Source of the DNA: Candidatus Multivoradales bacterium
Lineage (GTDB): Bacteria; Acidobacteriota; Thermoanaerobaculia; Multivoradales; Multivoraceae
NCBI GenBank assembly: GCA_965223325.1
Contig: CBDCWI010000001.1
Location: forward strand, 288,001-352,000
DNA: 64,000 bases
Direction of reading: 5' to 3'
Below are positions 20,780-29,950 of the stretch, piece by piece (positions within the stretch are counted from its first letter, which is position 1; the number at the start of each line of letters is the position of its first letter). Position numbers and translations under genes: made by a program. The notes under the pieces are model-generated. The model was not told the origin of the DNA. It made no database searches and saw only the letters and a program-made list of their open reading frames with translations.

Positions 20780-22351
20780 ATGACTGAACCCGTCGACACG
20801 AACCGTGCCGAGCAGGCCGAGACTTCGCCTGCCGAGGCCACCGATACACCCCACACCGAGGCGTCGGCAGTCGATGCGCAAGCAGCCAGCGCAACGACAC
20901 CCGACGACCCAGCAACTGACGCCGACGCGCCCGCCGCGCCTTCGGTCAGCGCGACTGAGAACGCGCCGAGCGACGGCGTAGAGCCGGCTCCGGAGGCTGC
21001 GCCCGATGCGGTGGTGCCGGAAGCCGCTGCGGCCGCGGTTGCCGCCGGCGAGGCGGAGCCCGCTGACGGAGAGCCCGTCGATGAAGTACCTGCGGTAGAA
21101 GGTGCAGAAGCCGCAGAGGCCGCAGGAGCCGCAGAAGGCGGTGCCGCTACTGCGAAGGGGGCCGCCCCGGCCCCTGATGAGGCCGCCGAGGAAGTGCCGA
21201 TCCCCCCCGAGTTCCAGCACTTCGTCGACGCGATGGAAAACGGCACACCGCTCGACGGCAAGGTCATCGGCTGGAACAAGGGCGGCTTTCACGTCTCACT
21301 CGACGGCGTCCCTGGTTTCTGCCCACGCTCCCAGATCGAGCTCGGCAACCCCAAGCGCCCCAACAGCTACGTCGATCGCACGTTCCCATTCAAGATCACC
21401 GAAGTCAAAGAGGGCGGCAAGCGCATTGTCGTCTCGCGTTCGAGTCTTCTGGTTGTTGCCCGTGAAGAGGCGATGAACAAGGTCAAAGCAGCCCAGAAGA
21501 GCGGCGAGGCAATCGACGGCACCGTCACCTCCACCACCGACTTCGGTGCTTTCGTCGACGTGGGCGGCGGTGTCGAGGGTCTGGTCCACCTGTCGGCGCT
21601 TTCACGCCGCCGCGTCGAGAACGCGCGCGAGATCGTGCACCCGGGTATGCCGGTCAAGGTCAAGGTCACCAAGATCGAAAAGGGCGGTCAGCGCATCTCG
21701 CTGTCGATGAAGGCCCTCGAGCCCGATCCGTGGACCGGCATCGAAGACCGCTTCCCCGTCGGTTCGAAGCACACCGGCAAGATCCTGCGCAAGACCGACT
21801 TCGGTTTCTTCGTCGAGGCCGAGCCCGGCGTCGACGGTCTGGTTCACGAATCGCAACTTCCGATTGGCATGCGCGCCGACGATGATGCCCTCGCCGAAGG
21901 CAAGGAGATCGAGTTCTGGGTGCGCGAGGCCGACGCGCGACGCCATCGCCTGTCGCTCGCGATGCGCGAAGTCGCGGCGACCAACCCCTGGAAAGACATC
22001 GGCAAGCGCTACGAAGAAGGCCAGACCATAAAAGGCACGGTCGAGCAGACCGCACGCTTCGGCGTCTTCATCATGCTCGAACCAGGCCTCACCGGCCTGC
22101 TGCCCTTCGCGGTGCTGTCGCTGCCAACGGGTGCCAACCCGCAGCGTTCGTACCGGCCCGGTTCGGAGGTTGAAGTGCAAATCGCCGAGATCGACTCGAA
22201 GCGCAAGCGCATCTCGCTGGTTCCTCCGGGCTCGCAGCTCGAGGGCACCAAGTCCGACCTCAAGGCTTACCGCGACCGTGCAGCCAAGGAACCCGAGGCG
22301 CAGGGCATGGGAGCGCTGGCAGCCGCCTTCGCCAAGATCAGTGGCGACTGA
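20780..22351 (+). CDS. S1 RNA-binding domain protein (ribosomal protein S1-like, 4 S1 domains)
   Basis: NKGGFHV...FCPRSQI, FGAFVDVGGGVEGLVHLS, FGFFVE...GLVHES, FGVFIMLEPGLTGLL; long acidic Ala/Pro-rich N-terminus. Confidence 0.88.
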   Translation: MTEPVDTNRAEQAETSPAEATDTPHTEASAVDAQAASATTPDDPATDADAPAAPSVSATENAPSDGVEPAPEAAPDAVVPEAAAAAVAAGEAEPADGEPVDEVPAVEGAEAAEAAGAAEGGAATAKGAAPAPDEAAEEVPIPPEFQHFVDAMENGTPLDGKVIGWNKGGFHVSLDGVPGFCPRSQIELGNPKRPNSYVDRTFPFKITEVKEGGKRIVVSRSSLLVVAREEAMNKVKAAQKSGEAIDGTVTSTTDFGAFVDVGGGVEGLVHLSALSRRRVENAREIVHPGMPVKVKVTKIEKGGQRISLSMKALEPDPWTGIEDRFPVGSKHTGKILRKTDFGFFVEAEPGVDGLVHESQLPIGMRADDDALAEGKEIEFWVREADARRHRLSLAMREVAATNPWKDIGKRYEEGQTIKGTVEQTARFGVFIMLEPGLTGLLPFAVLSLPTGANPQRSYRPGSEVEVQIAEIDSKRKRISLVPPGSQLEGTKSDLKAYRDRAAKEPEAQGMGALAAAFAKISGD

Positions 22352-22697
22352 GCGGACGAGCGGTACGAAAACCCGCAGCGTCTACAAGGTCGTCTTCCTG
22401 AGCCAGGGTCAGGTCTACGAGATCTACGCCCGTTCCGTCTCCCAGGGGGCGCTCTTCGGTTTCGTTGAAGTCGAAGAGATTGTGTTTGGAGAGCGCTCGG
22501 AAATCGTCGTCGACCCCAGCGAGGAATCACTCAAAACCGAGTTCGAGGGGGTCAAGCGCACCTACCTGCCGATGCACTCCGTGCTGCGAATCGACGAGGT
22601 CGAGAAGCAGGGCAGCCCGCGAATCCGCTCGGCCGAAGGCAAAGACAAGGTCACGCCGTTCCCGATGCCGGTCTACCCGCCGCCCGAGAGCAAATAA
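22341..22697 (+). CDS. DUF1820 family protein
   Basis: YKVVFLSQGQVYEIYAR...VVDPSEESLKTEFEGVKRTYLPMHSVLRIDEVEKQG; GTG start overlaps the end of the S1 gene. Confidence 0.85.
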   Translation: MATERTSGTKTRSVYKVVFLSQGQVYEIYARSVSQGALFGFVEVEEIVFGERSEIVVDPSEESLKTEFEGVKRTYLPMHSVLRIDEVEKQGSPRIRSAEGKDKVTPFPMPVYPPPESK

Positions 22698-22870
22698 GCC
22701 AACGGCAGCGCGCTCCCCGTTCGTCCCTCTGGCAGCCACCGGCGGCACTTCTCGAGGCGGGCCCGACTGCTAGAATCGACGGCTGTTCCCCACATCGCGA
22801 CGCTGTGCACTTTCCGAGGACACTGTGCCTTCCAGGACACCGCGTCGACCTCGTTCCCAGGAGAGCTTCC

Positions 22871-23434
22871 ATGACCCGTTCCCACGCTCACTTTGCCAAC
22901 CGCAGCCGGTTTTGCCGTCTCGTACCGGTCCTGGCGTTTCTCGCAACGCTCGCATGGCCCGCGATGGCGCAAGAGCCGATCAAGATCGCAGTGGTCGACG
23001 TCGACCGAGTGGTCGCACTCTCCGAGACCGGCAAGGCTCTCGATGCAAGACTCAAGGCACTCGAACAGGAACTGCGTGCCAAGCTCGAAGAGAAGGCCCA
23101 GACCGTTCAGAACCTACGCGCCAGCGCCGCCGGCAAAACGCCTGACGAGCAGCGCGAGCTCGGCAAGCAGATCGAAGACGAGCGCCTCGCCGCCCAGCGT
23201 CTCCAAGAGGACAGCCAACGCGAGATGAACAAAGAGCAACAGGTCGGCCTCGAGAGGATCCGCGAGCAACTGCGGCCGGTCTTCGAGCAGATCCAGGCAG
23301 AGTCTGCCTACGACCTGATCCTGAACTTCAATCCCCAGATCGTCGTGGCGGTTGGCGAAAGGGTCGACATCACACCGCGAGTGATGGAGCTACTCGACGC
23401 CGGCACCCCGGGAAGCAGCACCTCCGGCAACTAG
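22871..23434 (+). CDS. skp: OmpH/Skp periplasmic chaperone
   Basis: Signal peptide, KIAVVD, coiled coil, YDLIL...DITPRV. Confidence 0.88.
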   Translation: MTRSHAHFANRSRFCRLVPVLAFLATLAWPAMAQEPIKIAVVDVDRVVALSETGKALDARLKALEQELRAKLEEKAQTVQNLRASAAGKTPDEQRELGKQIEDERLAAQRLQEDSQREMNKEQQVGLERIREQLRPVFEQIQAESAYDLILNFNPQIVVAVGERVDITPRVMELLDAGTPGSSTSGN

Positions 23435-23509
23435 TCGTCCCGGAGGGAATCCCCGAAGTACAGGGCGCCGCTTTCTGGAGGCATCAGGGCGTTCGATAGC
23501 CTCTGCGGG

Positions 23510-25120
23510 ATGAGTGCGCGCCACCCACCAGACCCCCCAGGCCAGAACACCCGAAAGCCACCTCACCCGACCTCCGCGCCTGGTGCGGTGCGCGGAGAAC
23601 GTGAGGCCGTAGCCGGCGACGAGTGGCTGACGCGCTATCCGGCCGACCACCGCTTCCGCTTCCGCGTCGATTCCGGTCATCCGATCCCCGGCTGGCGCCC
23701 GCGACAGGCAGGAACCCAGACCCGCGCAACCCACGCCGGCACCGCAATCTTCGTCGAGGACACCCTACTCGAGGTCGTCGCCTATGAAACCACCGGCAGC
23801 CAGCCGCCACGGCACTGCTACTTCCTGGCACCCTGGAACGACCAGCTAAACCTCGGCCACCCGCCGCAGGAGTACTCGGTCGAGGTCGCCTCACGTCGCG
23901 CGGCAGATCGCCAACGGGTCGCCGCACTCGAGAAATGGTCACGAGCGGCAATCGTCGCCTCGCCCGTCGTTTCAACCATCCCCGGCGAGCTCCAGGAGAA
24001 ACTCGAACGCGAGATCCAGTACCCGGCGATTCTCGGCACGGTGCTCTCGGCTTGCCTCGTCGGCGCCTCCGCCGTCGCCACCATCCTGTTCGCCCTCTGG
24101 GCCAGCAAGGCACCCGAGGCCCCACGCTGGGCCAGGAACTCCACCTTCCTCTTAGGCGCCGGAGGCCTCTACTTCACCGCCGAAAGCCTCCTGCGCATCG
24201 GCTCGTCGATGGGACTCAGAACTCCCATGGGCTCCCTCCCCGTCGCCGGTCCCATCCAGGTTTTCCGGGCCTTCAAAGACACCATCGACCGCACGAAGGC
24301 CCGCAACACCCTAGAGGGCGAACGGATCGACACCGGCACAGAGCCCCTGCGGAGGCGCGACCGCGTCACCGAACTCGCCCCCGATGAAGACGACCGACGC
24401 CGGCTCGAGGTGGTCAGTGCCTTGCCCAAGGACCACTGGACACTGAACCGCACCGGACTCCGCTACCGCGACCTCTGGTTCATGCCCACCGAACGTGACC
24501 CTGTCGAACTCGTCGCCAGCGACCAGTCCCCGACGTCGAGACCCAGAACCGGTTGGCGCTTTGTCCTGGTGCAAGCAGAGGGCAACGAGAACTTCAAAGA
24601 CTGGGGCGACTACCAGCCCGAAGAAGTCCAGGAAGTCGCCCGGGCGCTCGAGCGCCAAAGGCTCCAACCGTTCGTTGACGTCCTCGCTCTCGTCTGGGGC
24701 CTCATGGCTCCCGAGGACCGCCAGCGCCTCGAGAACACCTACGGCTTCGCCGAAGAACGCTACGCCCGCTTCAGCATCTGGCTCTTCGGCATCCTCGCTG
24801 CCGCTCTCGCCTTCGACGCCCTGCGCATCCTGATCGGCGGCCAGATCGAGTGGCGAGACCCACTCTTCCTCCTGCTCGGCCTCACCGGAACATTCGACGC
24901 CCTACGCCGCCACCTCGGTACCACCACCGGTCCTCGACCGGCGGCCGAACCAACCCCACAGGTCAACGCATTGGGCCTACGAGAAAAAGCCACACTGGCA
25001 CCCCCCGAAGAACCCTTGAACCCGGGCGAGGAACCCGATCTACCTCTGATCGTTCCCGGCAGCCTCTTCGCCCCCCTCGTCCGCGGGCTGGCGAAGCCGC
25101 TCCTCAAGTTGGCCGACTAG
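23510..25120 (+). CDS. Hypothetical membrane protein with internal two-fold repeat
   Basis: 536-aa ORF with two soluble-domain plus TM-pair modules. Confidence 0.7.
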   Translation: MSARHPPDPPGQNTRKPPHPTSAPGAVRGEREAVAGDEWLTRYPADHRFRFRVDSGHPIPGWRPRQAGTQTRATHAGTAIFVEDTLLEVVAYETTGSQPPRHCYFLAPWNDQLNLGHPPQEYSVEVASRRAADRQRVAALEKWSRAAIVASPVVSTIPGELQEKLEREIQYPAILGTVLSACLVGASAVATILFALWASKAPEAPRWARNSTFLLGAGGLYFTAESLLRIGSSMGLRTPMGSLPVAGPIQVFRAFKDTIDRTKARNTLEGERIDTGTEPLRRRDRVTELAPDEDDRRRLEVVSALPKDHWTLNRTGLRYRDLWFMPTERDPVELVASDQSPTSRPRTGWRFVLVQAEGNENFKDWGDYQPEEVQEVARALERQRLQPFVDVLALVWGLMAPEDRQRLENTYGFAEERYARFSIWLFGILAAALAFDALRILIGGQIEWRDPLFLLLGLTGTFDALRRHLGTTTGPRPAAEPTPQVNALGLREKATLAPPEEPLNPGEEPDLPLIVPGSLFAPLVRGLAKPLLKLAD

Positions 25121-25159
25121 CGCTAGCGCCGCCAAGCTCCGCGCAAGCCAAACACAGAA

Positions 25160-25414
25160 CTCCGCGCCAGCCGCCGAAGGCGCGAGCACGAAAGCGCGAC
25201 GTGCCGCAGGCACGAGCCAACCCAGCTCCGCGCCAGCCGCCGAAGGCGCGAGCACGAAAGCGCGATGCGCCCCAGGCACGAGCCAACCCAGCTCCGCGCC
25301 AGCCGCCGAAGGCGCGAGCACGAAAGCGCGATGTGCCGCAGGCACGAGCCAACCCAGCTCCGCGCCAGCCGCCGAAGGCGCGAGCATGAAAGCGCGATGT
25401 GCCGCAGGCACGAG
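25160..25414. repeat. Tandem array of ~4 x 66-bp REP-like units
   Basis: CTCCGCGCCAGCCGCCGAAGGCGCGAGCACGAAAGCGCGAyGTGCCGCAGGCACGAGCCAACCCAG starts at 25160, 25226, 25292 and 25358; the last copy is truncated. Confidence 0.95.
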
Positions 25415-25458
25415 CGTGCCCCCCCTCATCCCACCGTCGCGCGATGCCCAATCCGATA

Positions 25459-25740
25459 GGGCGGATGGTGGAGCTTCAGCCCCCGGGAGCAATCAGACGG
25501 GAAAGGCGCAGGATCCAACTTGGCGTCGGCGGGCTGGTTGGCGGGATCAGGGCGGGCAAGTGTCTGAGCGGAGCAAAGCAACACCGGCCGCACCCTGCCA
25601 AACGAACCCAGCGCCACGCCAACCACAAACGGCCGTCGAAGGCGCAGCGAGTTTTGCCCGACCCCCGCCAACCAGCCCGCCGACGCCTAGTTGGATGCGC
25701 CGGCCGTCGCTCCCGGGGGCTGAAGCTCCACCATCCGCCC
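25459..25740. repeat. ~280-bp nested inverted repeat (MITE/REPIN-like)
   Basis: Perfect 32-bp terminal inverted repeat (25459-25490 / 25709-25740). Imperfect pairing continues inward (~25513-25545 with ~25664-25696). Confidence 0.9.
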
Positions 25741-25765
25741 GGCGCCCCAGGCCCGCCTACCGCTT

Positions 25766-25826
25766 CACCTCACCTCACCTCCCCACACCTCACCACACCC
25801 CACCTCACCACACCACACCTCACCTC
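25766..25826. repeat. (CACCT/CACCA)n pentamer microsatellite
   Basis: Read directly: cacctcacctcacctccccacacctcaccacaccccacctcaccacaccacacctcacctc. Confidence 0.85.
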
Positions 25827-25947
25827 GCCAGGCGCCACGCCACACCAAAGAGAAACAGCCAACCGCTACCAGCAACGGCCAGCACCTTCCACGCGACGAC
25901 CACCGCTCCTCTTCCAGAACAACCCCTCGAACCCAACCCCAAAAAAA

Positions 25948-27051
25948 CTAACGCTTCTTAGGGTGTTTACGCATCGCGCGGTGGATCTCCCTCCACTTCT
26001 TCTTCTCAGCCAGAGCAGCTCCCTGATCCTGCCGTATCTCCAGGTGAGCGATCTCTTTTTGTAGCCGCGTCCAGCTCTCGAAGCGCGCCGCGCTCATCGA
26101 CCCGTCCGCAATCGCAGCCTGAACAGCACACCCCGGTTCGGTCGTGTGCCGGCAGTCACGAAACCGACACGCCCCAGCGAGTTCCTCCACGTCCTCGAAC
26201 GTCTCTTCGAGTCCCTCGCCCCCCCAGAGCTGCAGTTCTCGAATACCTGGATTGTCGATCAACAACGCGCCCTGCGGAAGCTTGATCAGCTCGCGATGGG
26301 TCGTGGTGTGTTTGCCGCGGTCGTCGCCCCCGCGCACCGCACCCGTACGCATACGCTCAAAACCGGCAAGCCCATTGATCAGCGTCGACTTGCCCGCACC
26401 CGATGAACCGACGAGCACAATGGTACGCCCGGGCTCGAGCCACTCATCGATCGCCTCGAGGCCGACTCCGTGCTTGGCCTGCACCACGACAACTGGCACA
26501 CCCTCACCGGCTGCCTCGAGGGTCGCTCTGACCTGTCGATCCAGTTGAGAGGCGAGATCGGCCTTGTTGAGAATCACCACCGGCTGGGCTCCGGACTCCC
26601 ACGCCGTTGCGAGGAAGCGTTCGAGGCGGCGCAGGTTGAAGTCACCGTCGAGCCCCATGACGATGAACACCGTGTCGACGTTAGCGGCCACGACCTGGAT
26701 CTCGGTGCGCTCCCCCGCTGCCTTTCGTTGAACCTGGGTCGCGCGCGGCAACAGCGCTTCGATGCGTGCCGGCCCGCCCTCGGCGCGCGCCGCCAGATCG
26801 ATCACGACCCAGTCTCCGATCACCGGAAGGTCCTGCGGCCCTCGGGCGGCGTGCCGCAGTCGACCTGCGATCACGGTCTCGACTTCGCCTTCGGCCGTCA
26901 TCACCGTTTGGACACCGCGCTGCTGCAACACGACACGGCCGGGAACCGAGCTCGAGGCAAAGTCGGCTTCCTTCCACACGCTCTGCAGGCGGTCATCCCA
27001 GCCGTAGGCTGAAAGCCCCGAAGACTCGCGACTGGTGCTCGGCGAGCTCAA
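25948..27051 (-). CDS. rsgA: Ribosome small subunit-dependent GTPase A
   Basis: Circularly permuted GTPase: NKAD, GSSGAGKS, GKHTTT, DNPG, Zn finger CRFRDCRHTTEPGC. Confidence 0.96.
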   Translation of the reverse strand: MSSPSTSRESSGLSAYGWDDRLQSVWKEADFASSSVPGRVVLQQRGVQTVMTAEGEVETVIAGRLRHAARGPQDLPVIGDWVVIDLAARAEGGPARIEALLPRATQVQRKAAGERTEIQVVAANVDTVFIVMGLDGDFNLRRLERFLATAWESGAQPVVILNKADLASQLDRQVRATLEAAGEGVPVVVVQAKHGVGLEAIDEWLEPGRTIVLVGSSGAGKSTLINGLAGFERMRTGAVRGGDDRGKHTTTHRELIKLPQGALLIDNPGIRELQLWGGEGLEETFEDVEELAGACRFRDCRHTTEPGCAVQAAIADGSMSAARFESWTRLQKEIAHLEIRQDQGAALAEKKKWREIHRAMRKHPKKR

Positions 27052-27064
27052 GAAACGATCCGTC

Positions 27065-27739
27065 TCACATGTTCCCCATCAGGAAACGCCAACGGTCGAG
27101 ATCGGGCACGCGCATGAACATGTTCGAGATCAACTCGTCACCAATCGTCGAGCTGGGACGCGGCCCATAGTCGTGACCGGGATACACCTTCGTTTGCGGT
27201 GGCAACTGGCCGAGCCTCTGAAGCGAGTGATACATCGCGTCGATGTCGCTACCCGGAAGGTCGACTCGACCGCACGCCTGGACAAAAAGAGTGTCGCCGG
27301 CGATCAAGTGGTCGCCGACGTGAAAACACACCGAGCCCGGCGAGTGGCCAGGCGTGTGGTACACGGCGATGGTGAGTTCACCGAGTTCGACACTCGCCCC
27401 ATCTTCGAGCACGACGATCGATTCCTGCGGTGTTCCTCCGATGCGGCGCAGGCGGTCGACCTCGGCAGAATGTACCCAGGTGCGAAACTCCCGGACCTTG
27501 CGTAGCTCGGCGATTCCGGGGATGTGCTGGCCGAAGATGTCGCCTCCGATGTGATCGGGATGGGTGTGGGTCAAGAGGACGCCGAGGACTAGAAACCCCT
27601 GATTTTCCGCGGTTTCGACCAATCCCGGGCCGTCCCAGGCCGGGTCGACGACGTACGCCTTCTTGCTCTCGTCGTCGGCCACGATGTACAGGCAGTTTCC
27701 CATCGGGCCGGCCTTGATCTGTTGGACAACCGCGGCCAT
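27065..27739 (-). CDS. MBL-fold metallo-hydrolase (glyoxalase II-like)
   Basis: THTHPDH, HTPGHSPGS, GDTLF, YPGHDY. Confidence 0.92.
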   Translation of the reverse strand: MAAVVQQIKAGPMGNCLYIVADDESKKAYVVDPAWDGPGLVETAENQGFLVLGVLLTHTHPDHIGGDIFGQHIPGIAELRKVREFRTWVHSAEVDRLRRIGGTPQESIVVLEDGASVELGELTIAVYHTPGHSPGSVCFHVGDHLIAGDTLFVQACGRVDLPGSDIDAMYHSLQRLGQLPPQTKVYPGHDYGPRPSSTIGDELISNMFMRVPDLDRWRFLMGNM

Positions 27740-27744
27740 CTCTT

Positions 27745-28158
27745 CTACTCCTCAGTGGGTTGTGCGCCAGCCGCGAGGACGCGGCGGAACGAGCCGCGAT
27801 ACGACCAGGCGAGAAACAGACCCAGCGCCGCAGCCACCAGGCCGATTACCAGGCCCGAGGGTGCGAGGAAGGCATCGAAGAGAACGATGTTGAGGACCAC
27901 CGGGGCGAGGACCGTGAGCGCGAGAGGCACGAAGCGCCCGATCAACAAAAAGAACCCGCACACCGCTTCGGTGGCCTTGATGAGCGGCCACATGTAGCCC
28001 GTCCCGATCAGCGCACCAACGAAGGCTTCACCGTCTGGCGGAAGCTCAGGTTCGGGAAGAAACCCGAAGAAGCCGTTCAGTCCAAAGACAAAGAACAAGA
28101 TGCCAAGCAGGCTGCGTGCGACGACGACTGCGGTCTTGCGAGGTCCCGAAAGTGCCAT
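27745..28158 (-). CDS. DoxX family membrane protein
   Basis: RSLLGILFFVFGLNGF...E...G..LL.GRFVPLAL..LAP...NI.LF. Confidence 0.85.
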   Translation of the reverse strand: MALSGPRKTAVVVARSLLGILFFVFGLNGFFGFLPEPELPPDGEAFVGALIGTGYMWPLIKATEAVCGFFLLIGRFVPLALTVLAPVVLNIVLFDAFLAPSGLVIGLVAAALGLFLAWSYRGSFRRVLAAGAQPTEE

Positions 28159-28188
28159 AGGTGTTAACCCCCCGTTGTGAGTTCTGAT

Positions 28189-28220
28189 GTTCGTGAAGCG
28201 ACAGTGTACGTGTCACGAAC
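28189..28220. promoter_or_regulatory. Candidate operator (inverted repeat) upstream of the doxX gene
   Basis: GTTCGTGA-N16-TCACGAAC about 30 bp upstream of the start codon. Confidence 0.4.
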
Positions 28221-28486
28221 CGACCCTGCCCCACGGCCCGCCGCATGAACATCTTGATTGATGTGCCTGGGCCGACGCGAAGTCGTCTGGCGGTCGAAGA
28301 TTTTCTCGCGATGCAAGTTCATGAGCCCACTGAAGTTGCCGCTCGCACTCCGCACAAGAGCATGAAATATCTGGTTTCGGAGTCTTTCGGTCGCTACAAT
28401 GCATCCACTCCACATCCGATTGATCTCTTTTCTTCGATAACCACTTGCCGCGCCCCGGCAACCCTGCCATCGAGAAACCAACCTCA

Positions 28487-29902
28487 GTGATCCCCCTCAG
28501 CATCAGTCTCGCCAGCGTTGTCCTCGTCATCATGCTCGCCACCGCAGTCTGGGTGTGGGCAACCATCCCCGTCCGCCGACAGCGTCGCGAACTGCAGGCG
28601 AGGAACCAGCGCCTGGCCGAGAAGTCCGACCAACTGAGGATCAAGAACGCCGATCTCGAGCGCCGCATCGAGATCGCCCAACGTCGCGAGCTCGAGCGTC
28701 GCGCGCGTGAAGAACAGGCCCTTCACAGCCAGCGCCTCGAGAGCCTCGGCATGCTCGCTGGAGGCATCGCGCACGACTTCAACAACCTCCTGGTCGGCAT
28801 CATGGGGAGCGCCGAGCTCGCTCGCACTTCTCTGCCCCGCGACAGCGCAACGCGCGATCACCTCGACAGCATTCTCATGTCCTCCGAGCGTGCCGCCGAG
28901 CTCTGCCGTCAGATGCTGGCCTACGCTGGCAAAGCTCCCTTCAGCACCCAGTCCCTGGACCTGCGCGAGCTCGTTCTGTCGCTCGAAAGCCTGTTGGCCA
29001 CCTCGATCGACGAGCGCATCAACCTCGATATCGACTTGAGCACCGATGTCCAGCCGATCGGTGCGGACCGGGCACAGATCGAGCAGGTGGTCCTCAATCT
29101 GGTCATCAACGCCGCCGAGGCGATCGCAAACCAACCGGGGACGATCTCGATTCGCACCGGCGAAGCGGTTTGCGATCGCGACGCCCTGGCTGCCATGCCT
29201 CTGTCATGGGATGTCGAAGAGGGAACCTTCGCCTTCTTCGAGATCAGCGACACCGGCCCCGGCATCCCGGAAGACATTCAGCCTCGGATCTTCGATCCCT
29301 TCTACACCACCAAGTTTCTCGGCCGGGGTCTCGGCCTGGCGGCGGTGTTCGGAATCCTCCGCCGACACGGAGGGTTCATCACCGTCGAATCCAGTCTCGC
29401 AAGTGGATCGGCTTTCCGGGTATACCTGCCGCTCGCCAAGGCCCAACCTCGCGCCCTGACCGCTACCGGCAGCCGCAGCCTGCGCGAGCTCAACGCTCGA
29501 GACGCACCGAGTCGCGGCAATGTTCTGATCGTTGACGACGAACGCGTCGTGCGTGAATTCGCAACCATGGCGCTCGAGCGTGACGGCTTCACAACCGTGC
29601 TCGCCGACGACGGCTCGAGCGGCGTCGAGAGCCTGCGCTCGATGCCCGGGTCCGTCGACTGCGTTCTGCTCGACATGACCATGCCGCGCATGGACGGCGC
29701 GACGGCACTGCGTGCGATGCGCGAAGTGGCGCCAGAGGTTCCGGTCATCGTCATGAGTGGACACAGCGCCGATGTGGTCGAGGGCCTGTTCGAAGACGGA
29801 GAGGTCTTCGCCTTCCTGCCCAAGCCGTTCGCGCTTGATCAATTGCAGTGGGCGGTCAACGAGGCTATGGGTGAGGAACCGGCTGCTGCCTCGTCCTTCT
29901 AG
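28487..29902 (+). CDS. Hybrid sensor histidine kinase / response regulator
   Basis: Single TM, GIAHDFNNLL H-box, NLVINA, DTGPG, FDPFYTTK, GRGLGL, and a receiver domain (VDD, LLD, KP). Confidence 0.93.
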   Translation: MIPLSISLASVVLVIMLATAVWVWATIPVRRQRRELQARNQRLAEKSDQLRIKNADLERRIEIAQRRELERRAREEQALHSQRLESLGMLAGGIAHDFNNLLVGIMGSAELARTSLPRDSATRDHLDSILMSSERAAELCRQMLAYAGKAPFSTQSLDLRELVLSLESLLATSIDERINLDIDLSTDVQPIGADRAQIEQVVLNLVINAAEAIANQPGTISIRTGEAVCDRDALAAMPLSWDVEEGTFAFFEISDTGPGIPEDIQPRIFDPFYTTKFLGRGLGLAAVFGILRRHGGFITVESSLASGSAFRVYLPLAKAQPRALTATGSRSLRELNARDAPSRGNVLIVDDERVVREFATMALERDGFTTVLADDGSSGVESLRSMPGSVDCVLLDMTMPRMDGATALRAMREVAPEVPVIVMSGHSADVVEGLFEDGEVFAFLPKPFALDQLQWAVNEAMGEEPAAASSF

Positions 29903-29950
29903 TGACGGCGAGCGAACCGCGGAGGCAGAGCGAGCGAGAACGCCGCTCGG

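Noticed and set aside
25160-25414. Possible CRISPR array
   Set aside because: The units are contiguous and near-identical with no unique spacers, and there are no cas genes in the window.
28245-28490. 81-aa ORF ending at the kinase start
   Set aside because: Codon usage is atypical and there are no motifs; it is more likely a divergent promoter region.
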